Positions 13,351 through 27,450 of a stretch of DNA of 64,000 nucleotides are shown here, piece by piece; the first letter of the stretch is position 1, and every line of letters begins with the position of its first letter. The position numbers were made by a program, and so were the translations under genes. Source of the DNA: Eledone cirrhosa (Eukaryota); the NCBI GenBank assembly GCA_964016885.1, contig OZ024740.1:175150001-175214000 (forward strand). Direction: 5' to 3'. The notes under the pieces were generated by a model. It searched no databases. It was not told the DNA's origin and was given only the letters and a program-made list of their open reading frames with translations.

Positions 13351-13590
13351 GTGATCTTTGAGTTAAGATTTTCACTTTCACTTCTGCCAATTTTCAGTTA
13401 TTATTAAAGTGAAAGTGGAATGCTAAACTCAAGGATCACCCCAAAAAAGCAATACACAGATTTCAAAAGAACTAACGAAGAAAACAAAAGTAAAGCAATC
13501 ATGATTGAGAGAACAGAAGACAAAAACGAAACCACAAAATCATTACATCAAATATAAAACAGAAAAAAGAAATCAATAAACTACATGAAT
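13351..13590 (+). mobile_element. Possible Penelope-like remnant with fold-back 5' junction
   Basis: 33-bp imperfect inverted repeat (13351-13383 / 13407-13439) followed by A-rich sequence resembling a degraded GIY-YIG C-terminus (IERTEDK...HYIKYKTEK...INKL). Weak. Confidence 0.3.
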
Positions 13591-13848
13591 TTGACTATGG
13601 ATCGAACCTACTCAGTTGTGATTCGTAGTTGTCTCGTGACTAACCTTCACAACAGCAGTAACTAACAGTACATTTGAGATATGTCAATAGTCTCTAACAA
13701 ACTGATTTCACTACCATGATTCTTTTGCTGATAATCATGTGTGCAGGTGTCAGTATCATACACATGTGCATAAACATACATGAAAATGTGTGTGAATATA
13801 TGTACATATATATATAACATATACATATAATGTATATATGTTATATAC

Positions 13849-13963
13849 TGTGATGATTGTTTCTGTAGTTTTCAAATGTGTATGTGCTGAGATTATCAAA
13901 GTTATTATAACTTTGATAATCTCAACACATACACATTTGAAAACTACAGAAACAATCATCACA
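13849..13963. repeat. 115-bp near-perfect palindrome
   Basis: 57-bp arms, one mismatch, single central base at 13906. Confidence 0.95.
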
Positions 13964-14671
13964 TTACATCTACCATAATTTTAATACACTAACACCTTTG
14001 CTTGATATGCTTGTATACCTGTGTTATTTTATGTGATACCTTTGCCATACAGTATTTATTTATGCCTAATACCTTTGCTTGTTTCCTTCATATATATGAC
14101 TAACGCATGTGCACTCTCTACACGCTTGCATATGTACTGCTAGTGTCCTCCATTCTTCCTCAATGCCTCTTTAATTATTAGACTATTCTCTTGTATTATC
14201 TGTCGCATGTATTCCACTCTGTGCTTTTAATTTTGATTTTAATTTTTGTACAATTCTCGTATAATATATGTCGCATCCATTACAACCTGTAAATACGAAA
14301 CTGTTGTTCACAACAGCAATATATATGTATCTATATGATTGTTCAGTTGAATATGAGGTTAATTATATGTACAAATATTGGTCATGCTCCAATGATTCCA
14401 AACGAAAGTTTGGAAGAAACGATTGTCAGCAATTAAATGATTTGAACATAACTTTGATAATTGTGTAATTTATATTCCTGCTCTGTAAAACACCTGATGT
14501 TCTTACATTGAGCTATTGCTCTTACTGGTAATAAGGTAGTAATAAATTACTGACCTTTCCTGTTTATAGTTGTTTATAGTATATACATAACTATAAATAG
14601 TATCATTATATATAACAATTGTTACCTAATAAATTCTATATACCCGCATTTCCATTTCGTAAATTTTTTCT

Positions 14672-16502
<1,831 letters not shown>

Positions 16503-16512
16503 CATAGATAAT

Positions 16513-16850
16513 GGAGGCACGTGGCTTAGTGGTTAGAGCACTGGCCTTGCAATCGAAAGATTGTGAATTCAATTCTCAGACCAGGTGATGTGTTGTTTCC
16601 TTGAGCAAGACACTTTATTTTACATTGCTCTAGTTTACTCAGCTGTAGAAATGAGATGATAGGGACTGGGGTCCATATCATTCCACCACAAAGTGGTCGT
16701 GGAGGTGCCACGGCATAAAAGCACCCAGCACTCACTGTAAATGAGGTTGGTGTTAGGAAGGGCATCCAGCTGTAGAAATCAAGCCAGAATCAGTTCCTGT
16801 CCCACCCTTGCAAGCAGGGAAAAAGCGGACGTAAAATGAAATGAAATGAT
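16513..16850 (+). mobile_element. SINE family 1 (tRNA head, CORE-like body, RTE-derived tail)
   Basis: A-box tggcttagtggttagagc, B-box-like gaattcaattct, CORE-like ccttgagcaagacacttta, and a 3' part shared with the RTE 3'UTRs. Confidence 0.9.
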
Positions 16851-16860
16851 ATGTAAATGT

Positions 16861-18078
16861 ATCATCATCATCATCATTTTACGTCTGCTTTTCCCTGCTT
16901 ACAAGGGTGGGACGGGTCTTATTCAGCACCACATCTCTCCACTTGTCACGGTACTTCGTCATCTCCACCGTGTGCTTCAGCAATCTGAGGTCTGTTCTCA
17001 CCACCTCCGCCCATGCTTTTCGTGGTCTACCTCTACCACGTCTTCTTTCAACTGGCATTTCCTGGCACTTCTTCACCCATCGGTCATCCTTCATGCGCAT
17101 CACATGTCCATACCACCTCAGTCTCCTCTGTCGCACACTACATTCTATCCCTCTCAGACACAGTTTCTCTCTCAACACATTCATGCTGGGTCATTCACGC
17201 ACATTGACATTGCACATCCAGCAGAGCATGCTTGCCTCATTTCTTTCCAACCGTCGCATATCCTCTGCAGTTGCTGCCCATGTCTCACTACCATGCAGCA
17301 TCGCGCTCCTCACACAGGCATCATATAACCGGCCTTTCGTACACAGAGAGAAACCCTTTCTTTGTCAGCAGAGGAAGCAGCTCCCTAAACTTCTTCCAAC
17401 CCGTCCTTATTCTAGATACTATGGCCTCGGAACACCACCCCCCTCCCATGCTAATCTGATCTCCTAGGTACCGGAAGCTATCCACCACTTCTATAGCACA
17501 CGCCTGCATTTGAAAAATGTGTCTATCAATTCGACTTCTACTGTCTAATTTCCCTGTACATCTACTGCATACGTATTTCTCCCTACTTGTTAGTTTGCCT
17601 GCTATCCCACTACATCTCTTGTGTACCCAGGATCTGCATTGTGTGCATTTTATAGAATTTATGCCAGTTCCTTTTCTGCATATCGAACATGGCCATTTCC
17701 CTAACGGAATCAGAGTTTTGTCCTCTTTTCTACTCATCAACACTTTTGTCTTAGCTAGGTTCACTCTCAGTCCTCTTGCTTCCAACTGCTGTTTCCATAG
17801 CCAGAATTTATTCTCTAGCTCCTCTACTGATTCTGCTATAAGAACCAGATCGTCAGCATAGAGAAGTTCCCATGGACAGGCAGTCTTAAACTCCTCTGTT
17901 ATGGATTGGAGGACTATAATGAACAGGAGTGGGCTGAGGACCGAACCTTGATGTACTCCCACTTGTATCTGGAATTCCTCACTAAACTCCATTCCTACTC
18001 TGACTTTACTGACAGTACCTCTGTACAAAGTTTGCACTGTCCTCACAAGCCATTCTTCAACACCTAGTTTCCTAGTTT
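16861..18078 (-). mobile_element. 5'-truncated PHD-RTE family C (RT core, PHD, C-terminus)
   Basis: ORF 17321-18082 contains HQGSVLSPLLF, YADD, CSIC..CTQC..HKRC..CSRC and FRYLG. ORF 16879-17184 gives the C-terminus. (CAT)n tail at 16861. Confidence 0.95.
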
Positions 18079-21029
18079 CCAAATCGGGGTTGCGAGACTA
18101 ACTTAAAGATAGGTTTAATGAGTCCCTAATGCACACTACTGCCCTAACAAATGACAATGACTTCCTAATCATTGCAGGAGATTTTAACTGACACATAGAG
18201 TCCATGGAGGCTATGGGGTTGGCACAAGAAATGAAGAAGACTTCAGGCTTCTAGAATTCTGAGATGCCAATGCCATGTCGATATGTAACACAAACTTCAA
18301 AAACCCGACAACCATCTGATCACCTATAGATCAGGGGAGCATTCTATTCAGATAGATTTTATCCTCATCATAGGATGACAGATGGACGGTCATAAACACA
18401 AAGCCTTCCCTAGTGAGGAATGTACCTCCCAACATAATTTAGTTGTCAGCGACCTCACGGTCAGAACTAGACGAACCTGGAGAAGAAAGATATGGAAGCT
18501 GAAAGACCCCTCAGCCAGTAACTGATTTAAAGATATTTTACTCAACGACTATGACAGTAAAGAAGAACAGATACAGACATTCAATGTAGAAGAGCACTGG
18601 GAGTTCCTAAAAAATAACTTACTAAAGGTGACGGATGAGATCTGTGGCTGGAGGAAGACCACAGTCAGGAGGAGAGTGACTTAGTGGTGGAACAATAAGG
18701 TAGGTGAGGCAGTTAAGGCCAAGAGATAGGCATGGAAAGAATGGAAGAATTGGGGAAGCAGGGTACATTACTTAGAGACCAGGAGAGAAGCTAGGCGATA
18801 AGTATACTTAGATAGGAGGGAAGCAGAGGATAGAAAATTCAAGCATGTTTTGCAATGTGAGGATGAGAAACAGGAGGTGTTCAAGATTGCGAGGCAGTGT
18901 CAGAGAGAATTGTGATGTCATTGGAGAGAAGTGTATCCGGAATGATAAAGGTGAGCTTGCCCTCACAAGAGCTAAGAAGAAACATGCGTGGAAGAGCCAT
19001 TATGAAAGATTACTAAATGAGGAGAATGCATGGGAAGAAGAGACCCTACACCAAGTAGACCCTATAGAGAGGCCAGCAGTACAAGTCAGCAGCAGCGTAG
19101 TAAGTAAGGCAATCAAAGATACAAAGACAGAGAAGGCAACCGGTCCATCGGGTATAGCTGCCGAGATGCTGAAGGCATCTGGGTCGGTAGGTCACACCAT
19201 AACCACACATATTGTTAACCAGGTAATACTGGGAGCTGTCATACCAAACGATTGGTGCAGCAGCATCATTGTCAACTGCTACAAAGGTAAAGGTGATACA
19301 CTAGATAGAGGAAACTATAGAGGTATAAAGCTGATGGACCAGGTCGTGAAAGTAACGGAAATAGTTATAGCACAGTTGATTAGGGACCGGGTGAAACTAG
19401 ATGAGATGTAATTTGGGTTTGTACCAGGAAGAGGCACCACTGATGCCCTCTTCCTTGTGAGGCAGTTACAGGAAAAGTACCTAGCTAAAAGTAAGCCGCT
19501 CTACCTGGCATTCGTCGATCTCAAGAAAGCCCTTGACACAGTTCCCCGTGCTATAATCTGGTGGGCTCTTAGAAAACTAGGAGTAGATGAATGGCTTGTG
19601 AAAGCTGTACAAGCCATGTATAGGGGAGCAGTCAGCAAAGTTAGAATTAGCAATGACTATAACGAGAAATTTAGCCTAAAGGTCGGTGTCCACCAGGGCT
19701 TTGTTCTTACCCCTCTCCTGTTCAACATACTTCTGCAGGCAATAACGGAGGAGTTTAAGACCAGATGCCCATGGTAACTCCTGTATGCAGATGAGCTCAC
19801 GCTTATAGCTGAATCTATAGTAGAACTAGAGAAGAAATTCCAAACTTGGAAGCAGGGTCTCAAAGTCAACCTGACAAAGACGAAGGTCCTTGTAAGTAGA
19901 CAAGAAAACAGAACCCAGATCTCTCAGGCAAATGGCCATGCTCAGTATGTAGGAAAGGTGTAGGTAGGAATTCCATTCTCTGTCCCAAATGCAAACAATG
20001 GGTACTTAAGAGATGTAGCAGGATCTCAGGAAGCTTAAGTAAGAATGTAGACTTCACATGTATCAGCTGTGCTGGGACAGCAAGTAGCTAACAGCCACAG
20101 GAAACAAGTACCACCAAACTCTGGGAGTGCTCTGTAGAAACAATAGACAGCTTCTGCTACCTAGGTGACCGAATTAGCAGCGGAGGTGGGTGTTCGGAAA
20201 GTATAATAACTAGGGTAAGAACGGAATGGAAGAAGTTCAGGGAGCTACTGCCACTGCTAGCTGCAAAAGGCTTTTCCCTCAGAATGAAAGGGAGACTGTA
20301 TGATCCATGTATACGAAAGGCAATGTTACATGGTAGTGAGACCTGAGCGCTATCTGCGGAAGAATTGCGTAGATTAGAAGGAAACGAAGCCTGCATGCTC
20401 CGATGGATGTGTAATAGTAATATACGCGAACGGCAAAACATAAACAAATTGACAAGAGAGACTGAGCATAAGAGGAATCAAATGCTGTTTGCAGGAGAAG
20501 CAGTTGCGTTGGTATGGACAAGTGATGTGTATGAAGGATGACAGCTGCATAAAAAGGTGCAGAGCACTAGAAGTCGATGGAGACCGTGGCGTGGGGGTAC
20601 CCAAGAAGACCTGGAATGAGGTGATAAAAGCCGACCTTACCCAATTACACCTCTCAAAGGTGATGACACACAACCGTGACCTCTGACGTCATGCAGTAAT
20701 AAAAAAACTCGAGCCTCCATGGTACAAGCTGAAGCATATAGACAGCATACCCCCACCCTTCCCACTGCAAAGTGGTCGTGGAGGCACCACGGCAAAAAAG
20801 CACCCAGCCCACACTGTAAAGTGGACATGAAGGCGCCACGGAAAAAAAACACCCTGCACTCACTGTAAATGAGGTTGGTGTTAGGAAGGGCATCCAGCTG
20901 TAGAAATCAAGCCAGAATCAGTTCCCGTATGAGCAAGGCATGGTCAGCCGACCGGCTACTGCCCACAACAGAACAACCCGTCTAACCCATGTTAGCGTGG
21001 AAGAACGGACATAAAATGCTGATGATGAT
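18079..21029 (+). mobile_element. 5'-truncated, mutated PHD-RTE family B
   Basis: APE C-half (AGDFN, TYRSG, QIDFIL), RT (ORFs 18845, 19457), PHD at ~19935-20072, 3'UTR stem-loop array, and (GAT)n tail into (TA)n. Confidence 0.95.
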
Positions 21030-21216
21030 ATATATATAATATAATACATATATATATAATATAATACATATATATATATATATATATATGTATATGTATA
21101 TATATAATATATATATATATATAATATATATATATATTTATATATATATACAATATACATATATAATATATATATATATATAATATATATATATATTTAT
21201 ATATATATATATATAA

Positions 21217-21789
21217 TCTATATATATAAAACTGAGGATGTCTGTCTGTGTGTGTGTGAGTTTGAATCCCTAAAGCTAGAGAAGCACCCAACCGACTGTT
21301 TTCAAACTTTACACATCTAATACTTATGTTTCAGGGAGTGTTCTGAGCATAACAAATTTCAAATTTTCAACGCCCTAGGGATCGGACCGCATTAGGCGAT
21401 TTAGCGATCTCTTAGTCTTTCTCTTTTTAGATAGATACATACATATAATATAGCACCCTTATGTCTTTATGTCTGGCTGTCTGCATTACGTCACTTCCTA
21501 CAATTCGCTCTGTGGCCAGAACGCGCCCTTATAATATCTGTCTGTATGTATGTCTGGCTGTCTGCTGCCTCCGGTTATTCAGCCACCCTTGCTCAAGACA
21601 AATCTCACACTCATTCCCCAAACAGTTCACACAACTTCTTCCTCGCGTTTTAAGCCACAGTGTTGCTTACTTACGTACAACCAGACCCTTACTTCTTTGC
21701 CAGCCATGGTTGTGGCAATACTAAGCTTAGCTAAGGTGGTTATATATTTCACAATACCTTATTCCGTGCAACTCCGGGTACCACTGCTA

Positions 21790-21790
<1 letters not shown>
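21217..21790 (+). mobile_element. Non-autonomous Helitron
   Basis: A|TCTATATATATAAAACTGAGG 5' end; 3' end ccgtgcaactccgggtaccactgCTAG|T with a GC-rich subterminal segment; no TSD. The 5' part recurs at 54772. Confidence 0.8.
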
Positions 21791-21835
<45 letters not shown>

Positions 21836-22252
21836 TTATATGTATGGTGCAGAGCAAAATACCTATGGATAACATGATATTCCTTGTTTGATCATTATAC
21901 CAAAAGCTTATAGTTTTAAGCAGACAGATTTATTGATTTAGGTGTCATAGAAACACTGCATTTGGATTTTACCATAAATTCCAATGGGTCCAGGTCTGTT
22001 TTTATCATTTATTTTGTTTGACCTGTTTAGCTTGATTTGTTTTTTGGCTTAGGTGGTTAATGCCCTCTTGACCACTTTTTCAGTTTGTATGGCGTTTTAA
22101 CATATTGTTTAGCTCTGGCTTTTTAACTATTGAGCACCTGCCAGCATAATTCTGATTTTGCGTTTTGTTTCGCTTTTTCTACCCGCCAAAATGCGATTCT
22201 CGCTGAATTTTTATTTATATTTATATATTTATATATATATATATATATATAT

Positions 22253-22579
22253 ATTTCATTTCATTTTATTTTACGTCCGCTTTTTCCCTACTTGCAAGGA
22301 TGGGACAGGAACTGATTCTGGCTTGATTTCTACAGCTGGATGCCCTTCCTAACACCAACCTCATTTACAGTGAGTGCTGCGTGCTTTTTTGCCGTGGCAC
22401 CTCCACGACCACTTTGCAGTGGAATGATAGGGACCCTAGTCCCTATCATCTCATTTCTACAGCTGAGTAAACTGGAGCAATGTGAAATAAACTGTCTTGC
22501 TCAAGGAAACAACACATCACCCGGCCTGAGAATTGAACTCACAACCTTTCGATGCTCTAACCACTAAGCCATGTGCCTC
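22253..22579 (-). mobile_element. SINE family 1 (small deletion in head)
   Basis: Reverse complement of 16513-16850, flanked by (TA)n. Confidence 0.9.
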
Positions 22580-22605
22580 TTTATATATATATATATATAT
22601 ATATC

Positions 22606-22821
22606 AATCATCATTTCATTTTACGTCCGCTTTTCCCTGCTTGCAAGGGTGGGACGGGAACTGATTCTGGCTTGATTTCTACAGCTGGATGCCCTTCCTA
22701 ACACCAACCTCATTTTACAGTGAGTGCTGGGTGCTTTTTTGCCGTGGCACCTGCACGACCACTTTGCAGTGGAATGATATGGACCCCAGTCCCTATCATC
22801 TCATTTCTACAGCTGAGTAAA

Positions 22822-22825
<4 letters not shown>
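22606..22825 (-). mobile_element. SINE family 1, 5'-truncated
   Basis: 3' 220 bp of the family, flanked by (TA)n. Confidence 0.9.
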
Positions 22826-22857
<32 letters not shown>

Positions 22858-22861
<4 letters not shown>

Positions 22862-22998
22862 AAAGCAGTGTGCTAAGGAAACATGTGGACCATAACGCAC
22901 CAGAGTACTCAATACTTAGGGTAGTACAGTGGGTAATAGGAAATGGTTCAGGACCTCAACGGCTTGAGCTCTACCGTCGGGGTCCTGAACCTTTACCT
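22858..22998 (-). mobile_element. Hairpin-ended short repeat (Penelope-like terminal fragment, tentative)
   Basis: Reverse complement of the 51200-51322 and 57835-57970 core (taccctaagtattgagtactctggtgcg); ends in hairpin ggttcaggacc...ggtcctgaacc. Confidence 0.55.
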
Positions 22999-23094
22999 TT
23001 ATATATATATATAAATATATATTATATATTATACATATATGATATACATAATACATATATAACATATATAATATATATATATATAACATACTAT

Positions 23095-26000
23095 ATCATC
23101 ATCATCATCATCATCTTTGTTTAACGTCTATTTTCTATGCTAGCATGGGTTGGACGGGAGTTGTCCCACTTGAGGCAAGGCTGGTCGGTGACCATGTCTC
23201 GCTCATATAGGACTATCTGGCAGGTTTTCTACGGCTAGATGCCCTTCCTAAGACCAACCACATTTACAGTGTGGAACTGGGAACTTTTTACCATGTTACC
23301 TACACGACCACATTACAGCGTGGACTGTGTGTGTTTTTTTTGTCGTGACACCTACACGATCTCGATCTCATTTTCTCGTGCTGTTGGTGGGAGTGGGAGG
23401 ATAGGGTAGGGGTAGTGGATTGGGGTGTATATTTGGTTAAGAGGTGTCTACGGACTGTAGGTTTCACTTTGTACATAGGCAAGGCGGGTCTTCTGTATTA
23501 CTGCGTAGCGCCAAAGATCTCGGTCCAGAGACATTATCTTAGAGAGATGTAAGTGTGTGAAGTCGGAATTTATCAGATCATCCCAGGTTTTTCTGGGTCT
23601 ACCTACTCCGTAACTACCATCAATTTTGATCGCCCTGCACTTTTTTATGCAGCTGTCGTCTTTCATGCGCATCACATGACCATACCAACGTAGTCTTCTC
23701 TCAAGTAAACAGCATCTGATCCCTCTTATTCCTAATTTCTCACTTAGTTCATTTATGCTTTGCGGTTCACGTATATTACTGTTACACATCCAATGGAGCA
23801 TGCATGCTTCGTTCCTTTCCAGTCTATGCAGGTCCTCTGCACGTAATGCCCATGTCTCACTGCCATGTAACATTGCTGTTCGTATACAGGCATCATACAA
23901 TCTGCCTTTCATTTTTAGAGAGAAACCTTTTGTGGCCAACAGCAGTATAAGCTCTCTGAACTTTTTCCATCCCGTTCTGACTCTGGCTACTGTACTTTCA
24001 GAACACCCTCCACCACTGCTGATTTCGTCACCCAGGTAACGGAAAGTGTCTACTATTTCTATAGAACCATCTGGGCAATAGGAGCTAGTATCTTTTGGAC
24101 ACTTGCTACTTATTGCACCTGAGCATTGGCCACATATAAAGTCTACGTTCTTAGATAGTTTACCTGTGATACCACTACATCTTTTATGTACCCATACTTT
24201 GCATTTGGGACATAAAATGGAATTTCTGCCTACTCCTTTCCTACACACTGAGCATGGCCATTTCCCTGAGGGCACCTGTGCCTTATTTTCCTTCCTACAA
24301 ACTAGAACTTTAGTCTTAGACAAGTTAACTTTAAGGCCTTTTGATTCTAGGCCATGCTTCCATGTTTCAAATTTCTTCTCTAGTTCAGCCATTGATTCAG
24401 CTATGAGCGTTAGATCATCTGCGTATAGGAGTTCCCATGGGCAACCGGTCTTGAACTCCTCTGTTATAGCCTGAAGGGCAATAATAAATAAGAGGGGGCT
24501 AAGGACAGAGCCTTGATGAATGCCAACTTTTACACTAAATTCTTCACAATATTCATTGTTAATTCTAACCTTACTGACTGTTTCATTATACATAGCTTGT
24601 ATAGCTCTCACAAGCCATTCATCTACACCTAGTTTTCTAAGAGCCCACCAGATAATGGAGCGGGGGACTCTGTCAAAAGCTTTCTCCAGGTCTACAAAAG
24701 CTAAGTAGAGGGGTTTACTTTTAGCTAAGTACTTCTCTTGTAGTTGTCGTACAAGGAAAAGAGCGTCTGTGGTTCTTTTACTTTACACAAACCCAAACTG
24801 CATTTCATCTAAATCAATTCGCTCTCCGATTAGTTGCGCTATAACTCTTTCTGTGACCTTCATGACCTGGTCAACTAACTTAATGCCTCTATAGTTTCCC
24901 CTATCTAGAGCATCCCCTTTACCCTTGTAGCAGTTAATGATGATGCTGCTATGCCAGTCTTTCGGTATGACCCCATTCTGTATTACTTGGTTAACTATAT
25001 GGGTGACCATAGTGTGTCCCACCATACCAGATGCCTTCAACATATCAGCAACTATCTCCGAAGGTCCAGCTGCTTTGCCTGTCTTCATATCTTTGATTGC
25101 CTTACTTATTATACTGCCTTTAACTTGCACCGCTGGTCCTTCTATTGGATCGATTTGGGGCAGACTATCTTTTTCCCATTTATTCTCCTCATTTAATAGT
25201 CTCTCCTAGTGAAACTTCCAGGCTATCTTCTTATCAGTATCAGTGAGTGCAAGTACACCATTATCATTACGGACACACTTCTCCCCGACAATATCATGGT
25301 TTTCTTTGACACATTGTCTAGCATTCTTGAACACCTCACGTTGAAGAACATGCTTGAATTTTCTATCCTCTGCTACCCTTTTTGCAAGGTACACTTGTCT
25401 CCTAGCTTCTCTCCTGGCCACTTGATAGTGCTCTCTACTTCCCCCATCCTGCCATACTTTCCAAGCCTGCTTTTTGGCCTTGATTATCTCTTCTACCTTA
25501 CTGTTCCACCACCAAGTTACTCTCCTCCTGCCAATAGGTCTGCTCCAGCCACAGATTTCATCCGTTGCTTTCAGTAGGTTCACTTTCAAGAATTGGCACT
25601 GTTCATCTATATTGCACATCTCTAATTGCTCTTCCTTATTGTCAAAGGCATCAAGTAATAAGCTTTTAAATTTGTCACTGGCTATGGGGTCCTTCAACTT
25701 CCATATTCTTCTCCTCAAGGTAGGCCTCCTCTGTCGTCGAGTACGTCTATTCCTGACTATGAGGTCACTAACTACTAGGCTATGTTGGGAGGTGCATTCT
25801 TCACGGGGGAGGGATTTAGTGTTTACAACAGACATTTTGTCCCGTCTTCTAGTAAGGATATAATCTATCTGGCTGGCGTATTCCCCTGATCTATAGGTGA
25901 TCAAGTGGTTTTCACGTTTTTTGAAGTTTGTGTTAGGCTATTTGCGTCACAGAATTCCAGGATTCTGAAGCCCTCCTCATTTCTATTTCCAACCCCATAG

Positions 26001-27352
26001 CCTCCATGGATTCCATCATAGCCATCACTATGTTGTCCAACGTGACCGTTTAGATCGCCAGCAATAATTAAGTAGTCACTGTCAGTTATTTGGGAGGTAG
26101 TGTGCATTAGCATCTCATAGAACCTGTCCTTTATAACATCAGGTAGACCAGATTGCGGTGCATAAGCAGATATTATTGTCACATTAGTTCTATTTAGAAC
26201 TAGTCTTAATTCAATTATTCTGTCATTCACTCTATTTACGTCAATTACCTTATCTACCCATTTTTCAGTTAACATAATTCCTACACCACCCTGTCCGTTG
26301 TCATTTCCCACCCAGAAAAGTTTATAGCATCGTTTTTTACCCACGATGAATCTGGCAGACCCCCCCCCCCTCTCCACCTAGTCTCTTGAATACAACAAAC
26401 ATCAACTTCTTTACGTTCAAGCATCTTTACACCTCATTTGAGCGACCTTTCAATGTGCCTACATTCATGGTACCAACTCTGAAGTTGGGAGGGTGGGATG
26501 GATGGGTTGGAGGGGCAGGGAGGAGTGTGGGTGACGGGATTTTGTTGGTCATCTGTGTCTGAAATAAAGAGGGGTCCTTGTATTCTCGTCTTGCAGCGGG
26601 AGGTGAATTTATCTTTATCTGTGACATTGTCATTGAGTGCTTAGACTTTTCAAATTTCCGCAGTCAACCCATCAAACAGGTCTAAACTTAAGGAGTAGTA
26701 ACCGGGGTGGTAGCTTTGCTATACTGATTTGTTAGAGAACTTACTAAAGTCGCTGAGTTATGATTGAACCATATAGCAATGGTGGTGTGTGGGGGTTGGG
26801 GGGCGGGAAATGGGTGACTTTAGGAGAAGTTTAGTTTTTAGGAAAGGTCCAACAGATTGGGACATATTAAACAACATAGTAAAAACATGTAAATAGTAAT
26901 TTAAAATCAGAGAGGAAAACGGAGAATTTGAATTTGAGAGTGGTAAAAATAAGATTTTAAAAACACTGCTTAATTGAGGAGACTACGGAAATAAAGAAAA
27001 GACAGGTTTTGCTTATATTCTCAAAATCGACAGATCGCCGTTAAGATAGATTAGATAGATAAATTCTGTCATTGGAAGCCAGCAAGATTTATTTTATACT
27101 TGCGATCAGGCAGACGGGGGGGGGGGGGGGGGGGGGGGCAAAGTGATATAAATAGGAGTTTAAAACACAGACGACTTTAGGAGAAGTTTAGTTTTTAGGA
27201 AAGGTCCAACAGATTGGGACATATTAAAAACATGTAAATAGTAATTTAAAATAAGAGAGGAAAATGGAGAATTTGAATTTTAGAGTGATATAAATAAAGA
27301 AAAGACAGGTTTTGCTTACATTCTCAAAATTGACAGATCGCTCTTAAGATAG
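23095..27352 (-). mobile_element. Full-length PHD-RTE (family A'), ORF broken by several frameshifts/stops
   Basis: ORF pieces 26427-26633, 25901-26377, 25206-25904, 24783-25130 and 23448-24611 align colinearly with the intact 1081-aa ORF. (CAT)n tail at 23095; duplicated 5' unit at 26816-27352; (TA)n-rich on both sides. Confidence 0.95.
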
Positions 27353-27450
27353 ATATATATATATACAATATAATATATATATATAACATAATATATATAC
27401 AATATAATATATATATGATGTATATATAGCATAATATATATACAATATAA

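Noticed and set aside
14490-14550. Hammerhead at cctgatgttc
   Set aside because: Core is CUGAUGU with no downstream GAAA.
16513-16590. Functional tRNA genes at SINE heads and at 50519-50590
   Set aside because: A/B boxes are present but no complete cloverleaf can be folded, and they continue into repeat bodies.
16526-16765. Recurrent [17 protein letters not shown]...
   Set aside because: Antisense reading of SINE-1 and RTE 3'UTR copies.
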